Of a stretch of 64,000 nt of DNA, positions 52,223-63,768 are shown piece after piece. Location: contig MCFE01000160.1 of NCBI GenBank assembly GCA_002104905.1, positions 85,450 through 149,449 on the forward strand. The letters run 5' to 3'. The DNA is from Basidiobolus meristosporus CBS 931.73 (lineage: Eukaryota > Fungi > Basidiobolomycota). Each line of letters starts with the position of its first letter. Position 1 is the first letter of the stretch. The position numbers were made by a program, and so were the translations under genes. The notes beneath the pieces were generated by a model. The model did no database searches. It was not told the origin of the DNA and was given only the letters and a program-made list of their open reading frames with translations.

Positions 52223-53349
52223 TATATAGAAATTAGAGTTTTGGTTTTAGTGGGGTTAATAGGACTGTTTTACACTCTGAGCGACCAACCTACTATGAAG
52301 CCAGTTGACAAATAGCTGGGCGCATCCTAGTCAACCATTTTATCTTTCCAAGGCAATCTCCAGCTCATTCACGTGGTCCCCTGATAATAACCTAATGCAG
52401 TCTGATTGTCCGTTTGTTTCTTTAGCCTCCAACAATCCACCCCATGTATTCTCCTATTCTCCGGATAACAACAAACAGTACAGTTTGCTGAGTAGAGCTA
52501 TGCGGGATCCTCTAAATTAGAAGTCAATTGGATATTGTATGTGCCATCCTGATGGGCTGTGGATTGTGACACCCAGAAGCCCCAAATCACCAATGCCTGC
52601 ATTTCTTATGTAGACTGCGTTGTAAATGGACATACATCACGAAATCTCGATGGAGTCATTGAAAGAGGATTGCCAACAGGCGTATCTCTATACGCTGCCC
52701 TCTAGCCTTGCCGGTGTTTTTCTTGGTACTGGGCTAGGGGGTTTAGATTGGTATCCTTCGCAAACAATCGCCAACACAAGCTGCTCGATCCTATGCAGCT
52801 GAGCTGACCAAGGCTGAAGATGCTCCATTTCGACTAACAGTGGTGGTTTATGTTATCCAAGCACAATCGATCATGTTATAATAGCAGTGCATCCGGCAGC
52901 GCCAGCGCACCATTCAAAGCAACATATCGCACATTCCAGGCGTTTTTGTTACTTATTTCGATTCACAATAGTTCGGGTAACGGTGTGCTAGATGGTCTTT
53001 TTACCACCAGGAGCCCATTATCCTTGAGCCTGGAAGGCATCATATAGACCAACATTAACTGATCGTCCAGTATCTGTAGTTATCGCTGACTGCTGGGTCT
53101 AAGAGCAATATATTGATCCTGGGATACATCTCAATCTTAGGCGAGGCTGGTGCTTGCGCAGCCTTGTATTATATTACAACTGGCACACCCTAGCAAAGTC
53201 TTATTGCAAAAAGGAGGTCGGATCTCCATGCGGTGATGCTTCCAATCACTCGCAATCACTGTAGGAGATAACATAAGATTTTTCTCATGTCGGATTCCAT
53301 GATTATGAAATTATTGGAGACTGTCTTATCTTATGTATATCTAAAAAGC

Positions 53350-53981
53350 ATGAATCTTGAAACCGAAATCCCCATGTCGGATTCCCTTGATAACCTTAGT
53401 ACCTCTAAGCAGCATTCCACAGCTATTGATAAACAGAAAAGCCCACATACAAAAAAGAAGCTTAAGAAGCTACAGGTATTCATTGTCACGAGCGATTTTC
53501 GTACTCTTCTATAGCAGACATTCAAGCCCGCTTCTTATTCCAACCAGGCTCAAGTATGCCCGACTTTACGTTGTGCCATATGTCCCGAGAAACGATTTGG
53601 GACTTTGACCGAGTATGACGAGCACTTCGCTTCCAAGCGGCATTTGCGTCGAAAAGTCAATTACACGGCCGATGTTAAAGGATCTGCCGATCCTTCCCCT
53701 GATACAGTGCAACATCGGTCCTGGCGTTGCCTCACTTGTAAACGCACCTTTCAATATTACCACGACTGGGTAATTATTAAGCAGATCTGCTTGCTTCATC
53801 GCGGAATATTTACGCTGTTTAATTTTTCCAGTTCAAACATCTGACCGCTCCACTACACCTGCAAATCTTGCAAGACGAGGCCAAGAAGCTTACACAAAAC
53901 AGGCGGCCAGCTTACACTTTGCATGAAGTCCGGAAAGTTGAACAGTTAGTCCGCGAGCAAAGCATCCCTGAGGAAGAGTAA
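53350..53981 (+). CDS. Small protein with two matrin/U1-type C2H2 zinc fingers (2 introns)
   Basis: CAIC..KRF......EHFASKRH and CLTCKRTF....W-FKHLTAPLH after splicing. Confidence 0.65.
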
Positions 53982-54288
53982 CATGAGCTTCAAAGAGTAG
54001 TTCTTCCGCCAACTAAGATCCGCTTGGATTTGTTTTATGATTATTTATTTGACGACAAAAATTATGAATGCCTAACATACTGTTCCTTATATCCTTGGAA
54101 CCAATGCGTCCTCCAGAACATTTCTAGATAGTCAATAAAGTAACCCCAAGACTAGGAATTCTAAAACTCTGTATAACCATAAGTATATTTATACAAAATT
54201 ATCATCTGAAGAGAAGGTAGTATATATTTGATGGTTTAATAAATGAATCCCATTCATCTGACAGTACAGTCCAATTGGTGTGACCTGC

Positions 54289-57200
54289 TTAGGTTTGGTC
54301 CATTGGATTTTCGGGTGCCAATTCTTTGAGCGATTTGCTGTACTCGGTTGAAATTCTTTGGAGACAGCGGTTGCCACCTGGAAAAGCCGTGCTACATTAG
54401 AGACTAGCCGTAAGAACACAACAATAGCGCACAAACCTAGAATAGGCAGTATTTCACGGAGTAGCTCATGCTTGGGGAATCCCTAGATGTATGTGCACGG
54501 TTAGTATTAACCATGAAATCAGTCGGTGGGTGGGCTATACCAGTATCAAGGGATTCCATTTTGAGGTAGTCATGGTCTTCGAGTTGCTGAGTCTACAGAG
54601 AAAAATCAGAACCAAGCGATAGTTTGACCAATTTGTAGATGAATACCGATAGAGTGGCCCTAGCAGCTCCCGACATAGATCTTCGGCACGCAGTTCTGCT
54701 CCTTCATCAGCTAAGCGGCGAGCATAACAGAGGAGCCAATGCCGATATTCGGCAGGCGACTGTAGCAATTTCGAGGACTCTAATGAAGACTATAAGATCA
54801 TTTAGACTAATCCAAGCACCACATGGCAAAGGATGTGAAAGTGTGTCTACCTCTAAATGAGACATGGTAATTACGCTTTGTGCTTTACGATCTGTACTAA
54901 GTAGAGCTTGTGGAAAAGGGCCTTGCATGAACTCGGCTTCACAGTTGCGAGTGGCCGCTCTTTGCAATGAAGACAGAATGTTCTTTTTCTCGTCCGAAAC
55001 CAAGCCGGTGGAGCCGTAGAATTCGGATGCAACGAACCATCGATCAACGATTCGGACCCATGATTTCATGTTTAGATGGTATGTGTATCCTTGTCCATCG
55101 CTTGTGGTGATTAGAGGAAGACCCTGAGAGCGAATGATGGCAGATGTGATATTGACTGATTTGTGTGGGCCATTTGTAGGTAATGTTGCGGTCAGTAGGA
55201 TTGGTGACAAAGAAACCGAAGATATGAGCACCGTCTGTTGGGTGACATTCCTGAAAAACAATGGATCCGCTATCAATTTGGTGACCTGATTTGCACACAG
55301 AGTTGGGAAATAAAGCCTACCATACGCTTAACAAACCAACGGCAGTTATACACATCAGGAAATCTCCACAGCTATCTATAAAGGACACTGGAGCATCCAA
55401 CATCATGCAAGGTAGGAGCCTGTAGAGCAAAATTCAAGGAATGTTGGCCACAGATTAGGGGAGTGCGAGACTTGACAAAAATACCGTTTTCCGTTGTATG
55501 TATATACATAAAGACATCCATCTTCACACGTAACTGCACAGAAGTTGGCGTTTCCAGTAAGTGAAATCACTGGTGACGGTAGATAGTCGGTCCAATTCAC
55601 AGTTGACTGGGTGGTGCATGTAAGTTTTGCGGGATCTGCATATTACAGAGTTAAAATGAAACATCCTGAGTAGTTGTGCAATTTAGCATCGGTACCTTTG
55701 TTACTTAGATCATTATGACATTCCAAAGAGAAATTTGCTTTCCCCAGTTTATGCCGAACTATGTGCGCTTTTACCCGTGGTACACCAAGCCGTATTTGAG
55801 AGACACCGAAGTATGGTGATAGTTTGATGGGTCGGGATTCCACTGTTTGTCCATTGGTCTTCATAATCGTTAGCCCGCGCAACCTAAGCTACCTATTACT
55901 GGGTGTGAATAAACTACCTTTTTGCTTTTGATCTCATTGCCGTTAGGCGGTTCTTTGCGTTTAATCCCAATGCTCATGCTGGGAAGCCCGTCTTTCAGAG
56001 TTGCCTTTGAGGGAGGATCAATATTGATCTCTTCGGCATCTACATCATGTGCTTGATTGGCTGAGCTCTGTGAGCTAGTAACCTCACTCGTTACTTTCGC
56101 ATTAGGCGATTGAGCACTAATTGAATTTGAGGTTCCGAGTGACTATACGAGCAATGTCAGAATGGCTCGGTGCAAAAAAGTTCCACAGCCCATGAGACCT
56201 ACCTTTACAGACAACGGGGCCGACGAAGCCTGAGGCTCTGTTCCTTGTACACTGTAATGACAAGAGGTTGTGTCAAGGTACTGCTGGATCAAGAAGAAGC
56301 CGGCAATGCAACATACCCGCCTAGAAACAGCGGCTGAATTCGCCTTCTGCCATCCTTGGTTAGAGTGACTTTTTGACTTGAATTATGACTGGGCGTATCT
56401 ATAGACTTCAGCGAAGAGTTGGTGCTGGGCGTATCTAAGAGTCTACTTATGCTGGGTGTATTAAATGTGGATGATGTGTTGAATTCTGCGACAGTTTGCG
56501 GCGTAGAAGTTATGATGTCCGTACTTCCCAAGGTGTATGCCAAAGCCCGTTCCACGGGTGTTTGCGCAGACTTCGAAACACCGTTCTTCTCTGATCCCGG
56601 ACAGTCAGGATCGTCCAGTATGATCACCTTCGGCTTTCGATACCCGTACTTGGCCAAATAATTCTCTTTCTCTTCATTTGCGATTGGTGTTCCAAGTTCT
56701 TGCTGCGAAAACTGAAGAACTACCACTGATCCATCGTAAGAGCAGCCAAGAACCGCCAACCCATCAGGACTCCAGCAAAGATCCAGTACACTATGTTGAA
56801 ACACGGATTGAGCAACTGCTAGAGGCCTGGGGTTCCGCGTCACCCAAACGGAGATGCTGTGATCCTGGCTTCCAATAGCACAAATTGAAGCTAGAGTTGT
56901 TTTTTCTGGACTAGAAGAATCGGGGTTTGTCGGGCAATTGAAGAGAATAGGGTTAAATTTCACCACTTCTACGGATGCACTATGCCCAACTAATGATATA
57001 TCCGAATCCCAGTTGTCTCGTGAGATAACTGCAGCCACAGGTGTAGTCCCGTTCATAGCATTTGCTGCAGCAATGTGTGAGCCCTCTGGAGACCAGCTTG
57101 AAAGATATTAGAAAATGACACTGCTAGAGAATTAGGGTGGGACCCTACCTTAATCGCCGAAACAAGGTTGTGCATGTGGAGTTGGCGAACGGTTTTGTGA

Positions 57201-58306
57201 TATCCTTTTGGATAGTCCAATCTGTTGTTCGCCAGATTTTAACGCTGTTGTCATCGGACTTCGAGGTGCATACAATATTAGCTCAGTCAATTCGACAATG
57301 GCATCGCTAGGTTTGGCGTTACCTGAGTAGCAATGTATTTTCCAGCAGGATCCCAGGCAATTCCCTTGACTGGTCCCTGATGGTCGCTTAAGCAATGGAT
57401 CTTTTCTGGAAGTTTGTGCATTCGTCAGTATTTGATTATTCTAGTTGACCTTATGAGCAACTACCTAACGTTCTTGCATCCCATATCAACACTGTTTTGT
57501 CAAGGCTGGAGGTAGCGAGGTATTTGTTGTCATAAGACCAAGATACATCGACAACATCTAGGATATACAATGGTTGAGCTGCCTGGTGTTCACACTATCC
57601 AAGAATATCCAGGCTTACCTGAGGTGTGGCCAGTCAATTCCTTCTTGATGGACCATGTTCTCGATGAATCCGCGGCATTTTCACTACGCCAAGAGTTAGT
57701 CGTTGTGCACATGCCGTTAGGGAAGGTGTGTACATACTTTTGGCATTCCCAGACGATAACTTTATGATCATCCGAGCCAGAAGCTAGTAATGGTTTGTTT
57801 TCCTTGGACCAACGAACGCATAATACTCTGCCTTCATGAGATTACACGTCAGGGACAGGTTAAGTGAAACGCATGAACAAAGTTCAGCCTGCAAAAAGCA
57901 CATCATACCTTGGTGTCCTTTTAGCGTCCCACAAAGCTTCTCTGTTTTGTCATCTTCGTTCTTGGCGGTCAATAAAGATTTGATATTCCAGATCTTTACA
58001 AGTCCATCTGAAAGCAACACAGGGATGTATTTGAGACATGGGCAACAAAGATCACGGATGAATACAAGTACTACCTGCTCCACTTGTGGCCAAAAGAGCT
58101 CCAGAGGGATGTACGTCGATTGAAAATATGCTGACCTTTTGATCTTTATCGCCTAGTATGGGTCAAGCATAAGTTTACACGTAAATAGTAACGCAGGAAA
58201 AGATAAGGCTTCGTTAACATTGGATTCCACTATGAGTAATCTACACGTATTAAAACACATGAGACTAACCGAAATGTGCGATCCAGTCGGGTTTAAGTAA
58301 AAACAT
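54289..58306 (-). CDS. HIR1: Histone chaperone HIRA/Hir1 (WD40, B-domain, Hira C-terminal domain), multi-exon
   Basis: KP.W..H start, SIFSIDVHP, SDD.SVKIWR, LVGH...VEVVKFNP, SQD.SISVW, Q.V..TKDGRRRIQP and EYR.WL..YARRLADEG. Confidence 0.93.
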
Positions 58307-60179
58307 AGATCGATTGGTAAATTCCTGCTAGCTGGTTTGGATTACTCTTCACGAAAATTCTGCACGCTGCTCAATAATATTTTCGCGTCTAGTTCGACTC
58401 TTTACGGGCGTAAAACTGCAGTGTGGATAAAGGAAAACAGTCGGTATCGAGAGACCAGTAGAATACGTTTATGCAATGAGAAATAGAATCTCTAAATTAA
58501 CCAATATATATCTATGATGCTGAAGGCTAATATGCATTGAGCAAAGAATCATTTCCACCAAGTCGTAATTTTTAAGGGCACCAAATGTTGGTCAGATTAG
58601 GTCACTTATTTACTGATGAGAAGCCTACCACAAAACAATGTAAAATACCAAGGAATCAGATACAGAAGGTGGTGTTGAAACGATAACTTCGCGTTTTAGC
58701 CTAAGAATAATATGCTTTTCTTCCTCAGTCATTTTATTTAGCCAGCGCCCAACTGCTATGTGTGGATGCGATTTGGATGGATGAAACCCCGACCACAACT
58801 CAATCCCAGATCATCCAGCAGTTTACCCATCAAATGTTTCTGATACATAGAGCTGCTTTGCCCTGCGTTTGAAGTATTTCTGGTGAGGCGACAAACAGTA
58901 CACTTTGCAAACGCGCCCACAAAGCTGCTTTTGTTGCACTGTAGCTACGGGTTGCTAAGCGTCAATTGGGGTCAGAGCGCACTCGTCATTGGAAATGCAT
59001 TTTGGGACACCCAATTCTCTGCATATGCTATAGCAAATACCTCATTACACCTGGGTGCGGGCCAGCGTAATAAATTGTGTAGTTCTGAAAAGATGCTTGC
59101 TGATTGGTAGGTATTGTATTATGGTCTGGGTGCTATTTTGGCTTCAAGATTGTCAAGATGGCACATACAAATGTTCATATGCCCAAGTTACTAAGTTTTA
59201 CCTTTTGTGCTGCCACGGGTCACCACCAATGGCACAGTGATGAGAATCATATGTTGCTTATCCTTGGCATATTATTTTATTTCAGCACCCTTAATATTGC
59301 CATTTCTGATGGCATGTTGTTGGTGCAAATTTTGGATCCTGCAATCTGTTTTTTATCATAAACAGTCAAATTTTCGCACAATCTCCTCTTAGTAATGGCT
59401 ATACAATTAAGTTTCTAGTTTTCTATTTTTTGGATCCCAGGTTGAAATTGAGAAGCCAACAAGTTAAATGTCAATCAGCCTCAGATATTACTGCCTAAAT
59501 ACTGTTGTGCAGAAATTATAAGTGATCAGAGTACTAATAAAAATTATAACTTTCTTTTGAAAATTTACTGATTGATAAGGAGCATTTGTAATAGACCACA
59601 TTCCTGCAAAATAACAATGTTTAACATTTAATTGGTAACCACAAAGTAGGTTAACATGTCCTGTGAGTCTTTGGACAAATTGGAGACAAATTATATACTA
59701 GAAACCTGACTTTTTGCTGAGTAATATGTCAAGTAATTAACAGCCAAGAATCAGGTTACTCAGGACTTAGTACATGAATTTATCATTTCTTGACTAAGCA
59801 GATATGTTGTATACATTGTGTCATCTAGGGCAGTATTGCTGATGCAGCCATTGTATACTCAAGGGTTACTGGATTATTAGAGCTTCATCAGAAAGGAAGC
59901 TACAAGAATAATCATAAAGATTTGATACAGGTAGTAATCAAAAATCCTATTTTGTGTATGCACATAAGGGGTCTAGGCAGGTCATGTACTAGGGCTCTAA
60001 TATAATGATTTAAAAACTTATCTAAATGGGAAAAGTTATGGGTGGAGAGTGGAAGAAGGTGGACACCAACCTCAGGTATAGGAAGTGTGTACTGCTTTAA
60101 AAAGAGAGATTTCAGGACTGGGGTACCAGGACTTACAATAAAGAGAAGCTCATGCCTGACCTACCTGGCTATGGCAATG

Positions 60180-60664
60180 CCCTATGAAAGATTATTGTGA
60201 TGATCCCATCAAAAGGCCATCACAAATTTTAAGTCCTATGATTAGGAGGTACTGATTCCATCAGGACACCATGCAATGACCGCCAAAAATAATTGCACCG
60301 CAGATACTATAAAAAATTAGTCAAGATTTTTCATCACAACAATACAAAAGTGGCTTTTGATTGGTTCTCTGCCAATTTTCTCACTTTCTGATCCCAGACA
60401 CTCTATCACCTCCTATGTTTGTGTGCATTAATTTGCTATTGCCTCTTTTTCACACTCCTTACTTCCTGACTCAACTGTTTCTCTTACTTTTCATGCATAT
60501 AAATTGATTTACTTCCATTGAAACTTCAGTTGTACGTCAATTGCCAATTGTATAGGCCTATAAAAGTCCCTATACCTTACACTAACATTTAGCCCAACCC
60601 CATACTCAACAAGTAACTCCATTAAAATCCACCACTCAATAAGTATTTTGGCAGTAATGCTCTG
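60180..60664. mobile_element. Left end of CCCTA-type transposon, copy D (truncated by an LTR)
   Basis: Starts CCCTATGAAAGATTATT and aligns with 3990-4476 of copy B. Confidence 0.87.
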
Positions 60665-61634
60665 TGTTGTATCTAAGAGAAAAGTATAATAAAACTCTTG
60701 AATGAGTTAACTGAACCTAAGTGATAACTAAGCGCAGAATCTTAGTATTGTCAATGGTGACAGAAATATTAGCGGAGAAGTTCTGGTCTAATATTGTTTT
60801 GTATATAGTTGAGTTGAGCTATGAAGGCAACAGAGTTGGTTTGCTATACAGGCTAGGCTTGGTGTTCTTGGGAATACTAGATGTGCTAGGCTTGGGTGGA
60901 AACTAGAATAAAACTGTTGAATTCTTAATTTTGTTGAGACACACACTAAACCAAAAGGTTCAGCAAGCTTTATTTATACTTCTCTGATTGAGTTACATTA
61001 TTAAGTGCCAAGTGACTGGACTAATTGAAATCTGTTAGGGTGTTGATAGGTGCATAAGATGAATGAAGAATTGCATCATTAATCAGCTGATGTCTTGGCA
61101 ACTGCTAAGTGGTTGGATAAATCTGAGATGACTAATCACTTGGAAAGGCCTAGCAGATCAGTTGAGGATGTAATGACCATATGAAAATTGATCAGGTGTG
61201 ACAGCTAAAAATAGATTCTGAGAAGTGATAAAATCAACCATAACAGGGATTAGTTGTGTTTGAGTTAGGGAATATCAGTTAGGGTATGTAGTAAGAGTCT
61301 TGGAGATATTGAAGTGATTGGGAGAACAAGTAGATTATATGGTTTTCACTTAATGATTCATTGAATGTAAAAGTAGTATTTTTACTTTTACCTGGTCTTG
61401 GCATAGCAAACACATAGAATAGGCTACAGAATGTCCCAAGAACATGTGTGCAAAGTTTGGGGCTGTTTGGACAACTTTGAGAATTTTCATGTTCTGGGAA
61501 CCTGGTATTTTGGTGAAAATATTCCAAGTAAATCCCAACATGGAATTTGGTCAGTATTCTCTAGGATTTGAGGGTAATGATCTAAGTGACTAAGTTAGGT
61601 GAATATTTAGGTGGAATTATAAATCTTTACAACA
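60665..61634. mobile_element. Solo LTR, family X (970 bp)
   Basis: Perfect 7-bp inverted termini TGTTGTA...TACAACA; the 3' third matches 12873-13180. The TSD is unclear (CTCTG/CTCCC). Confidence 0.82.
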
Positions 61635-61639
61635 CTCCC

Positions 61640-61685
61640 TGTTGTATCCAAGAGGAAAGTGTAATAAAACTCTTGAATGGGTTAA
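61640..61685. mobile_element. First 46 bp of a second family-X LTR, truncated and capped by telomere repeat
   Basis: TGTTGTATCCAAGAGGAAAGTGTAATAAAACTCTTGAATGGGTTAA matches 60665-60710, then switches to GGGTTAGGG. Confidence 0.8.
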
Positions 61686-61694
61686 GGGTTAGGG

Positions 61695-61732
61695 GGGAGA
61701 CAGTCACCAACAGGTGAAATCTTTATTTCAGT
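61695..61732 (-). mobile_element. Telomeric retroelement copy alpha (about 38 bp, 3' end only)
   Basis: Matches 61972-62009 at all but one base; flanked on both sides by TTAGGG-type sequence. Confidence 0.82.
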
Positions 61733-61742
61733 AGGGTTAGGG

Positions 61743-61946
61743 GGATGATCATCACCAAAGGGTGAAATCTTTATTTAAATAATAAATAAAGAAGCCAAGT
61801 TTGCATATGAATATCTGAGATGCAGGAAGCCTACAAGATAAACTTGGACTTTACTGTATCCCAAATATCCTCAATATCAAAGTCTAGAGGAGAGTGTAGC
61901 AAGACTGCTTGTTCACTGTAGTATTTCTGTAGTATTTCTTGAGGAA
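61743..61946 (-). mobile_element. Telomeric retroelement copy beta (about 204 bp; different family, shared 3' motif)
   Basis: Shares GAAGCCA, TGAAATCTTTATTT and the TCACC-N4-GGTGA stem with gamma; upstream it holds the end of a different frame (PQEILQKYYSEQAVLLHSPLDFDIEDIWDTVKSKFIL*). Confidence 0.72.
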
Positions 61947-61971
61947 GTTAGGGTTAGGGTTAGGGTTAGGG
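61947..61971 (+). repeat. Interstitial telomere spacer, about 4 TTAGGG units
   Basis: GTTAGGGTTAGGGTTAGGGTTAGGG between copies beta and gamma. Confidence 0.95.
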
Positions 61972-63768
61972 GGGAGACAGTCACCAAGAGGTGAAATCTT
62001 TATTTCAGTTGAAACAAAGAAGCCAGCGCTACTGTTGTAGCTTTGATACAAGAGTGTGTAGCTGAGGGGAATTTGTAGGTAAGTTAATAAGAAGTGATGA
62101 TAGTTCTTCAGTGCTCAAGACACTGTTCAGTGGGAAGGGGGGTAGCAAGAGAGGTAAGAATGACTTGTGAACAACATTAATGAGGGGAATGTGATAAGGA
62201 TTGATATTCATCATAAAGGGAGTGTGCTGCTGCAGATATTGCTGCCAAAGGTCTGTCAAGTACTTCAGGTAGGCCAGCTTGGGTTTTTCTGACTGCAGAA
62301 TATAGTGAGCAAACTTCTTGACTTCAGGATCTCCAAGTATAGTTCTCCAGCAGGAGTCAGGTGTTGTGTGGTGTGTTCTCTTCCAGGCCTTAATCAGTGG
62401 GTTGTTGCAGTTGTGAAGTCTGAGGTATAATCTGGTTCTGAGGTAGAGAAGTCTGATCTTATAGGGCATAAACCCAAAAGCACCAAGAATAGCATGTCTG
62501 TAGGGGCATTCAGGCAAATGAGGCACCAAGGAGGTAATGCACCATACTGCAAACTTGTCATGCTTAGTGCAGTCTCTAGAAGTAAGAGAGAGAAGTGGTA
62601 AGCCAAATTCCAGGACAGGGAAGACAAACTGCTTGAGTAGAAGGAGGCAGCTGGGAGCTGAAGTTGTAGGAGGAGTAACAGCCAGTAGCTTGTGGAGTGC
62701 CTGTCTTGCCAGGATAATTCTCTTCTTCAGATGTGCTCCAGAGTCTAGTCCAGTAGGAAGGAAAGGAAAGCCAAGATATGTAGCAGAAACCTGAGCAGGT
62801 AGAGTGGAGTTCTCCAAGTTGATAGGAGAGCCCAAAGGTACTGTCTTTGCAATGGAAAGCTGGAGATTATTCTTCTGCAGATACTGGTGGATGGTCTGGG
62901 AGTCTTGTTGCACATTGGAGGAGGATATTCTGATGTCATCAGCAAAGAGAGTAACCAGGCAGTCAGCTGAGAGTCTTGGGAAATCATTCAGGAAGATGGC
63001 AAACAGTATAGGACCAAGCACAGAGCCTTGAACCACTCCATTAGGAACTGAGAACACAGCTGATTGCTCACTTGGGTGCAGAATTCTTGCTTGTGGATCC
63101 AGAAACAGAGACCTGACAAGGAGGGTGAGAGAGGTACTGGAGAAGCATTGCAACTTGGACCAAAGCAGATTTCTGTCAACTGAATCAAAGGCCTTAGTAA
63201 TATCAAACAGAACAGAGGGATACTTGCACTGGAGAGAGTGATCTTGGCTAAGTATGACTGCATATTCCAAGGAGAGGCCAGGAACAAAGCCAAACTGTGC
63301 AGGATGAAACTTGAGGGAGTCAGAGTAGAGCTCCTGAGCAAGCAGAAGCTCAAACACCTTTCTGCAGGTGGGCAGCAGAGATATTGGCCTGTAGGAGCTA
63401 GGATCCAGGTGCTTTCCTTTACCCTTGTACAGTGGCAGAACATTTGCAAAGGACCATTCCTCAGGAGTAGAAAGCTGGGCTGAGCATTGCTGAAACAGTG
63501 GAAGCAGAAGTGCAGACATGGCCTTGGTACTAGTCTTCAGAAGCTCATAAGAGATTGTGTCCACACCTGGAGCAGTAGAGTTGGGAAGCCTCTTGAGCAC
63601 ATTATGGATTCTCCTTTGATCAAGTGCAAGTGGGATGGGCAGAGTCTTGAAGTCAGGATGAAAGCCAGGAGTTGAGTACTGCTTTGTAGAGAAGAAGATG
63701 TTAGCCAGCTGTTCTGTTGAAGGTAACTTCCTGGAAGAGGGCCTCATTGCCCTGTAGAGTCTTGATAC
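61972..63768 (-). mobile_element. Telomeric non-LTR retroelement copy gamma (1.8 kb, 5'-truncated, telomere-capped)
   Basis: RT ORF plus a 57-bp 3' UTR with AATAAA, stem-loop and C-run; bounded by TTAGGG repeats on both sides; no poly(A) tail and no TSD. Confidence 0.9.
62029..63747 (-). CDS. LINE-type reverse transcriptase (572 aa; frame stays open to the telomere junction at 63768)
   Basis: APG.D, W..A.V..L.K.K, YRPISLL, QFGF, DITKAFDSV, GVVQGSVLGPILF.I..ND and FADD; no APE, REL/CCHC or RNase H motifs visible. Confidence 0.93.
   Translation of the reverse strand: MRPSSRKLPSTEQLANIFFSTKQYSTPGFHPDFKTLPIPLALDQRRIHNVLKRLPNSTAPGVDTISYELLKTSTKAMSALLLPLFQQCSAQLSTPEEWSFANVLPLYKGKGKHLDPSSYRPISLLPTCRKVFELLLAQELYSDSLKFHPAQFGFVPGLSLEYAVILSQDHSLQCKYPSVLFDITKAFDSVDRNLLWSKLQCFSSTSLTLLVRSLFLDPQARILHPSEQSAVFSVPNGVVQGSVLGPILFAIFLNDFPRLSADCLVTLFADDIRISSSNVQQDSQTIHQYLQKNNLQLSIAKTVPLGSPINLENSTLPAQVSATYLGFPFLPTGLDSGAHLKKRIILARQALHKLLAVTPPTTSAPSCLLLLKQFVFPVLEFGLPLLSLTSRDCTKHDKFAVWCITSLVPHLPECPYRHAILGAFGFMPYKIRLLYLRTRLYLRLHNCNNPLIKAWKRTHHTTPDSCWRTILGDPEVKKFAHYILQSEKPKLAYLKYLTDLWQQYLQQHTPFMMNINPYHIPLINVVHKSFLPLLLPPFPLNSVLSTEELSSLLINLPTNSPQLHTLVSKLQQ

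Noticed and set aside
61686-62010. Repeated 38-bp units with short spacers as a CRISPR-like array
   Set aside because: The context is eukaryotic, the spacers are telomere repeats or an ORF end, and the units are explained as retroelement 3' ends.
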